Positions 8,600 through 13,760 of a stretch of 13,760 nt of DNA are shown piece by piece. Source of the stretch: Promethearchaeota archaeon. GTDB taxonomy: Archaea > Asgardarchaeota > Lokiarchaeia > Sigyniarchaeales > SOKP01. The stretch spans positions 1 through 13,760 of the forward strand of contig JAHLWS010000044.1 of the NCBI GenBank assembly GCA_019057795.1, in the 5' to 3' direction. The stretch's first letter is position 1. The number at the start of each line of letters is the position of its first letter. Position numbers and translations under genes: made by a program. Below the pieces are notes generated by a model. The model had not been told where the DNA came from. It saw only the letters and a program-made list of their open reading frames with translations, and did not search any database.

Positions 8600-8788
8600 G
8601 TTTCTATAATTTGGTTTATTGCTGATTTCCATCTTTCACATAAAAACATCATAAAATATTGCAATCGACCTTTTAAGAATATTGAGGAGGTGGACAATCC
8701 AATAATAAGGAATCTTAAAGAATCGGTTAAATCAGATGATATTCTATATTTCCTTGGCGATCCTTTTTATAATAAAAACAGCAATTAA
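8600..8788 (+). pseudogene. N-terminal fragment of a calcineurin-like metallophosphoesterase
   Basis: Manual translation: VSIIWFIADFHLSHKNIIKYCNRPFKNIEEVDNPIIRNLKESVKSDDILYFLGDPFYNKNSN*. It contains motif I (DxH) and the start of motif II (LGD), with the typical HxNIIKYCNRPF segment. No ATG, and the GNH and later motifs are absent. Confidence 0.8.
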
Positions 8789-8830
8789 ACTAATCATTCC
8801 CAATAGAATGATAACATTATATCCTGGAAT
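8744..8830 (-). other. Loki-CTERM-like C-terminal sorting signal
   Basis: IPGY motif, hydrophobic helix and basic residues (KR) at the extreme C-terminus. This is the tripartite layout of archaeosortase-type signals. Confidence 0.7.
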
Positions 8831-11155
8831 CCCTTCTGGTGGAGGGTTTGTTGTAGGAATATCTTTTATTACGATTACTTCGTCAAAACTTATATTTCCC
8901 AGAGTATCATTAGCATAGAATCTAATAGTAACATATCCATTTGGCAATTGATTCCATAAGGTTAGATCTATCACTCCGATCAATTCAGTTATAAATATTT
9001 TATTTGTTCCACCATCGAAAGTGTACCAGATTTTATCTAAATTTGCTTCTGTGATTGTCATTTCATAAGCGGGGGGTATTTCAAATACTTCATCTTGTAT
9101 AGGTGTAATAATACTGATTTGGGGCGCATCAACATCTTTTTCTACGATTATACTTTCTTGAAAGATATCACCTGCGGTACTATTAACGGAAAATGTTAAA
9201 GTAATCAATCCGCTTAGCTGCAAATCCCACGCTCCTTGATTAATCGTGTCATTATTAGAAAATGTGAAATTAGTTAATCCATCATCGATAGAATACCATA
9301 TTGTGTCTACACTTATATTGTAAATTTCCACGTTGAAAGCAGGAGCGTTAAATCCAAAGAGCCCATTTTCCAGCGGGAGATTAATAGATATTTCTGGATA
9401 CGCTTGTTTACTGATATTAATGAGTTGACTGCCAATATTTCCTAGGCTATCATTTGCATAGAATGTGAGAATTACAGGACCATTTTGGATTGTATTCCAG
9501 GCATCTTGGTCGATTGTATTATTATTCGTAAAGATATATTTATATATTCCCGTATTAATTGTATACCACATTAAATCAAGGTGATGATCTTGAATAAGGA
9601 CATTAAATGACGGTGAATTACCCCCGTATGATGAATTAGGAAGCGGATTGTTTACAGTTATGTTTGGAGGCGTGGTATCTTTTATAATTATAACCTCATC
9701 ATGGGCAAGATTCCCTGCTGAATCGTTTACATAAAATCTTAAGATGACATTGCCATCAAAACAATTATCCCAAGCAGTTTGATTAATCATGCCTGTCGTT
9801 TCAGTAAAGCTGTAATTATTTCCTCCATTTAATGAATACCAAGTTGAATGTAGATTTCCATCATTCACTGAGACATTAAAGTTTGGTGATAAATTGCCAA
9901 AAAGTTGATTTTGGTTCGGAATTTCAATAGCTATACTTGGTAAAATGAGATTTTTATAAATTATTACGCTTGCAGAGGATAAATGTCCAACAGTATCGTT
10001 TGCGAAGAACGTTAAAGTAATCGTTCCATTTTCACATGCGTCCCACACAGTTTGATTGATTGTACCTGTCGTTTCAGTAAGGCTGTAATTATTTCCTCCA
10101 TTTAATGAATACCAAGTTGAATGTAGATTTCCATCATTCACTGAGACATCAAAGTCTGGTGCCGAGCTACCAAAAAGTTGATATTGGAATGGATTGGTAA
10201 TGGATATATCTGGCTCAATGATATCTTTATATATAGTGACTTCAGCAGATCCTATATTGCCTAAGGTATCATTTGCGTAAAATCTTAGGATAATGGTTCC
10301 ATTTTCACATGTGTCCCACGCAGTTTGATTGATTATTCCTGTATTTCCTGAAAAAGTATAATTTGTTCCTCCATTTAAGGAATACCAAGATGAATTTAAT
10401 TCGGGTGTAGTGATGGATATGTTATAATTTATAGTCGACTCACTAAATACGTTATTAGTTTCGGGTGAAATAATTATAATTTCTGGTAGATTCAAATCAT
10501 TTCTATATTTTACTAAGCTCATTTTATCTCCTCCAAATGGAGCACCATACCGTAGCGAACCCATGAGATATACATTCCCCCATGAATCAAGTGCGATACC
10601 CTCGGCGAAATCACTATAAAGAGTGCCCCAAGAATCCATAAATTTTAAAACCCCCGAATTATCATATACTAATAAAAGATAATTCATCCAACCGAATTGA
10701 TTAAATTGGCTATAACCTGCAATATATACATTTGAATCCGAATCTAGGATAATTTTACGCCCTCTCGATTGACTATAAGGTCCTTTCCAATCTACTATCC
10801 ATTGACGTACACCAGAACTGTCATATTTTGCAATGACTATCTCATCATAACCATTAGAATCTTCTGAAAATTCAACTACATACACATTATAATCAGAATC
10901 CACAGCCAGATCATTAAATGAACCCCAATCGGCTATCCATTGAAGGTCCCCGGAGCTATTCCATTTTGTAAGACTACTTCCAGCAACATACACATTATCT
11001 AAATTATCGACCGCGACACCTTTCCCTCGGCTACCTCCAAATGTGCGATTCCATTGATATTGTCCTAAAGAGTTATATTTTACTAGGAAAGGTTGCCAAC
11101 TTCCCGTAAAACTATTTGTATATCCTGTTATATAGACATTATCTTTACTATCCAT
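8744..11155 (-). CDS. SBBP repeat / Ig-like repeat surface protein, C-terminal part with sorting signal
   Basis: 803 aa. Five more SBBP repeats, six ~91-aa P-x-I-x-I-x-x-P...WYSLNGG...FYANDTLGN repeats with many N-x-S/T sequons, and the tail PPPEGIPGYNVIILLGMISLIAVFIIKR. Confidence 0.8.
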   Translation of the reverse strand: MDSKDNVYITGYTNSFTGSWQPFLVKYNSLGQYQWNRTFGGSRGKGVAVDNLDNVYVAGSSLTKWNSSGDLQWIADWGSFNDLAVDSDYNVYVVEFSEDSNGYDEIVIAKYDSSGVRQWIVDWKGPYSQSRGRKIILDSDSNVYIAGYSQFNQFGWMNYLLLVYDNSGVLKFMDSWGTLYSDFAEGIALDSWGNVYLMGSLRYGAPFGGDKMSLVKYRNDLNLPEIIIISPETNNVFSESTINYNISITTPELNSSWYSLNGGTNYTFSGNTGIINQTAWDTCENGTIILRFYANDTLGNIGSAEVTIYKDIIEPDISITNPFQYQLFGSSAPDFDVSVNDGNLHSTWYSLNGGNNYSLTETTGTINQTVWDACENGTITLTFFANDTVGHLSSASVIIYKNLILPSIAIEIPNQNQLFGNLSPNFNVSVNDGNLHSTWYSLNGGNNYSFTETTGMINQTAWDNCFDGNVILRFYVNDSAGNLAHDEVIIIKDTTPPNITVNNPLPNSSYGGNSPSFNVLIQDHHLDLMWYTINTGIYKYIFTNNNTIDQDAWNTIQNGPVILTFYANDSLGNIGSQLINISKQAYPEISINLPLENGLFGFNAPAFNVEIYNISVDTIWYSIDDGLTNFTFSNNDTINQGAWDLQLSGLITLTFSVNSTAGDIFQESIIVEKDVDAPQISIITPIQDEVFEIPPAYEMTITEANLDKIWYTFDGGTNKIFITELIGVIDLTLWNQLPNGYVTIRFYANDTLGNISFDEVIVIKDIPTTNPPPEGIPGYNVIILLGMISLIAVFIIKRIAKEI
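8860..10486 (-). repeat. Six tandem Ig-like domain repeats, 273-bp period among the first three
   Basis: 9809-9876 is identical to 10082-10149 (68 nt). 10023-10061 matches 10296-10334 at 37/39. Both offsets are 273 nt. Confidence 0.85.
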
Positions 11156-11180
11156 AACAATATCAAGGCCATATTCAGTA

Positions 11181-12764
11181 TCATCTCCTCCCCCAAGTAA
11201 TATTCCATATTAGAGTTCCAAATTTATTAAATTTAGCTATAAACGCGTCGAATAATGTAGCCCCAAAACTGGACGTATATCCTCCGATTAACACATTCCC
11301 TTCTGAATCTAGGGTTAATCCCGCACACCAATCCGCTCCACTCGCACCCCATGTAAAATTTAAAACTTGTTCTTTATTTCTATCGTATTTTAACACTGAG
11401 ACATCTATTATTTCCGTGTAATAATCTCTAAAACTTGAGGCAATGTACATGTTATCTAAAGAATCTATATGAATCAGTTCACCTTCATATCTTCCTCCAT
11501 TATTCACCGTTGAATTCCAAACTTGAACTCCAAGATTATCGAATTTTGCCCATAAGGTAGCATATTCGGAATCAATTAATGTCCAAATATTTCCGGTTAA
11601 ATCTAATTGTACTAATTTACCCGCGTCCGGTTTCCCTTCTCCATGAGTTATACTCCATGCTAATCCACCTGTATTATTAATTTTTAAAAGACACGCATCT
11701 CCTTCGCTTGATCCGTAGCTTAAAGTTTGACCTAACACATAGGAATTATTGAGAGAGTCGACCACAATATCTTTTCCTAAATCATTTGCAATACCCCCCC
11801 AAGTTAGGTTCCATTGTTGATTTCCGGAGGAATTATACTTAACGGCAAAAAGATCATTCCCCTGACCTGCCTTATCTAAATATCCCGTTAAATAAATATT
11901 TTCAAATGAATCTAGTGTAATCCCGTTGCAACTATCCGTTGATCCGCCATCCCAGACTTTACTCCAACCTAAATTACCGAGTGTATCGTATTTTAATAGT
12001 ATAACATTACCTCCAGAATCTCCACCGATATATATATTATTATTAGAATCAATTTTAATCCCGCTACAATAATCGGCTCCTGTAGTGCCCCAAGTTTGAT
12101 CCCATTGATATACACCATTGTTATTGAACTTGACCATACAAAAGTCATAATCTCCTGCTCCATAACTCCTTGTATGACCTGCGATATAGATATTCTCCTC
12201 AGAGTCTAATGCTATTCCATATGCATAATCACGATCGGTGCCCCCCCAAAGAACATGCCATTGATATGTACCTTCACTATCAAATTTCATTAAACTCATG
12301 TTATAATCCCATTCAACAACATTCCAAACAGCACCCGCTAGATAAATATTATTTTCAGAATCAAGAGTGATAGCATAGCAATAATCCAATACATCATCAT
12401 TACCCCAAGTTTTATCCCAAATTAAATTGCCTGATTGATCATATTTCTGAAGGATAATGTCTATCATATTCCATGATCCTATTGGTGCTTTATCAAAATT
12501 ATCCCTATACCCCGCTACATAGAGCTTTCCTGATGCGTCTCTTGCTATTCCGGTGTAAACTACGGGTGTTGGGTTTCCCAATGTCATATTCCAATCATAA
12601 GAAAACGACATATCTCCAGAAGATAAATCAGGCACGATAGGATCATTAATTTCCTGAGGAGAGTAATTAAAATCTAAAATAAATGAAAATGTGAAAACCA
12701 AAATGAATAGTACAATAATCAAAATTGAGGATTTTTTAATGATTTTTTGAATAATTGAACCCAC
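11181..12764 (-). CDS. SBBP repeat-containing protein, N-terminal part
   Basis: 527 aa, GTG start. Hydrophobic N-terminal segment (ILIIVLFILVFTFSFIL) and nine DSxxNxYxxG-type repeats with WxxTWGG motifs. Confidence 0.8.
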   Translation of the reverse strand: MGSIIQKIIKKSSILIIVLFILVFTFSFILDFNYSPQEINDPIVPDLSSGDMSFSYDWNMTLGNPTPVVYTGIARDASGKLYVAGYRDNFDKAPIGSWNMIDIILQKYDQSGNLIWDKTWGNDDVLDYCYAITLDSENNIYLAGAVWNVVEWDYNMSLMKFDSEGTYQWHVLWGGTDRDYAYGIALDSEENIYIAGHTRSYGAGDYDFCMVKFNNNGVYQWDQTWGTTGADYCSGIKIDSNNNIYIGGDSGGNVILLKYDTLGNLGWSKVWDGGSTDSCNGITLDSFENIYLTGYLDKAGQGNDLFAVKYNSSGNQQWNLTWGGIANDLGKDIVVDSLNNSYVLGQTLSYGSSEGDACLLKINNTGGLAWSITHGEGKPDAGKLVQLDLTGNIWTLIDSEYATLWAKFDNLGVQVWNSTVNNGGRYEGELIHIDSLDNMYIASSFRDYYTEIIDVSVLKYDRNKEQVLNFTWGASGADWCAGLTLDSEGNVLIGGYTSSFGATLFDAFIAKFNKFGTLIWNITWGRR

Positions 12765-13022
12765 CTTTTTGTCGATAATATTATAAAATAGCTTATACCA
12801 TTATAAATATTTTGGCACTAGACTTAAATGATATTATAATAAATCGAGGACTTGCTATGGCTCGATCCCAACTTTATAAGTTATGCCTATCAACTTCTGC
12901 AACATTCACAGGTTGTTATGAGCAGGCAAGCACGATGGAGGTATTCAATACATTTAATTCCTAGTAATTTTAATGATATCTCGAGAAACTTCTTTAATAA
13001 TAGTAGCGAATACGGGTAGAGT

Positions 13023-13223
13023 TTATTCAGTGGTAATTATAACACTATTTCGGATAATCAGCCATTCACCTCCTTTCTTTTTCAATACTCCGGTTAATCT
13101 TTCTTGTAGACTCAATTTTCGGCCCCCGATTGTCAAATTGACAGTTAATTCTGCTACAAGTCATGCAATTTATCCATGATAATATATTTTCTTCCAATCA
13201 AATGTGATGGAGATTTCTTTTAG
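13023..13223 (-). pseudogene. NTF2/SnoaL-like (DUF4440-type) gene remnant, C-terminal half
   Basis: Manual translation: LKEISITFDWKKIYYHG*IA*LVAELTVNLTIGGRKLSLQERLTGVLKKKGGEWLIIRNSVIITTE*. It fits the G-x-x-A-W...R-x-T-x-V-L-x-K-x-x-G-x-W-x-I pattern, with stops at 13170-13172 and 13161-13163. Confidence 0.65.
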
Positions 13224-13404
13224 ATAAAGTACGAGTTATTGATGGAGTCGATTCACAAATGCATGTGAGTATTACTTTAGACGTTTTTAAATGGGTTAAT
13301 TCAATAAAATTATGAATATTTCTTTTTTTCCATGTATTTATAATATTCCTCCTTGTCACTAAAGGAAGTTTCGTCAACTTCTTACTCGCTATGGTAAGCC
13401 ATAG

Positions 13405-13760
13405 CGATTATATTATAATGAGTGTATCAAAAAGAGGTTCTATTGTCGATATTCAATATATTACTTATCCGAAAGAACTTGTACGAATCCCGATTGTGAA
13501 TTACACGCTAACCCCTTAAATCCTACGCCTCTCAACGTTCTTCCCTTTAAGCAATTTTCCCTGGGTATTTGGAAGTGGATTGCTCAAGAAGCTAAGCTTT
13601 ACAAGCAAAAACCTGCTCAAATTTGCGAGCGAATTTACGATCAATTCAATGTGAAAATCTCAGAAAGCACGATTCGAAAATATATTAACGAAATTGACGC
13701 ATTTCTTTCAAACCAAATAGACAAACGTACGGTCCAAATACTTAAAGCACAAGGAAAGAT
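13405..13760 (+). mobile_element. Probable IS transposase, N-terminal region (degenerate 5' end, runs off the window)
   Basis: The frame is open from 13405 to the edge: ...ERTCTNPDCELHANPLNPTPLNVLPFKQFSLGIWKWIAQEAKLYKQKPAQICERIYDQFNVKISESTIRKYINEID... It has a CxxxxC knuckle and an HTH of the 'ISESTIR' type common in IS transposases. In-frame TAG (13402) and TAA (13360) lie upstream. The DDE domain is not within the window. Confidence 0.65.

Larger units (their letters stand above)
8744..12764 (-). pseudogene. Large cell-surface protein (N-terminal hydrophobic segment, 14 SBBP beta-propeller repeats, 6 Ig-like repeats, Loki-CTERM-like anchor), split by a frameshift at 11190-11194
   Basis: Removing one G from TGGGGGAGGAGATGAT joins the two track ORFs and restores WGGDDTEYGLDIVMDS, which matches the repeat register of WGGTDRDYAYGIALDS. 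The joined product is about 1339 aa. Confidence 0.8.

Noticed and set aside
8600-8788. Phosphoesterase fragment as mre11
   Set aside because: The HKNIIKYCNRPF segment and spacing fit the small stand-alone phosphoesterases, it is on the opposite strand to nurA, and no rad50 is present.
9792-10334. Direct repeats as a CRISPR array or DGR template/variable repeat pair
   Set aside because: They are in-frame domain repeats with a 273-nt period. There are no spacers, no reverse transcriptase and too few mismatches to show an adenine-specific pattern.
8736-13179. Track ORFs 8736-8918, 12170-12370 and 12973-13179
   Set aside because: Antisense shadows of the surface gene and of the NTF2-like remnant.
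7819-13404. Stop-codon reassignment as the explanation for internal stops
   Set aside because: The internal stops are a mix of TAA, TGA and TAG, and TAA/TAG terminate the intact genes normally.

Overview
AT-rich archaeal-looking accessory region. It is most likely Asgard (Lokiarchaeia/Promethearchaeota), inferred from a C-terminal IPGY-TM-basic (Loki-CTERM-like) sorting tail. The left half holds nucleic-acid-processing genes. On the + strand is a 713-aa P-loop NTPase with a Zn-ribbon and winged helix. It converges on a - strand run of nurA-like nuclease (one in-frame TAA), herA helicase/translocase, a matrin/JAZ-like C2H2 zinc finger-wHTH protein, and a Cdc6/ORC-like AAA+ ATPase fused to a PD-(D/E)xK nuclease and wHTH. 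No mre11/rad50 is present in the window. The right half holds a ~1339-aa surface protein (14 SBBP blades, 6 Ig-like repeats, sorting tail) split by a one-base frameshift in a G run. Three remnants not in the ORF track are also present: a truncated calcineurin-like metallophosphoesterase, an NTF2/SnoaL-like pseudogene, and a degenerate transposase running off the right edge. All family calls come from motif recognition by eye; no searches were run.
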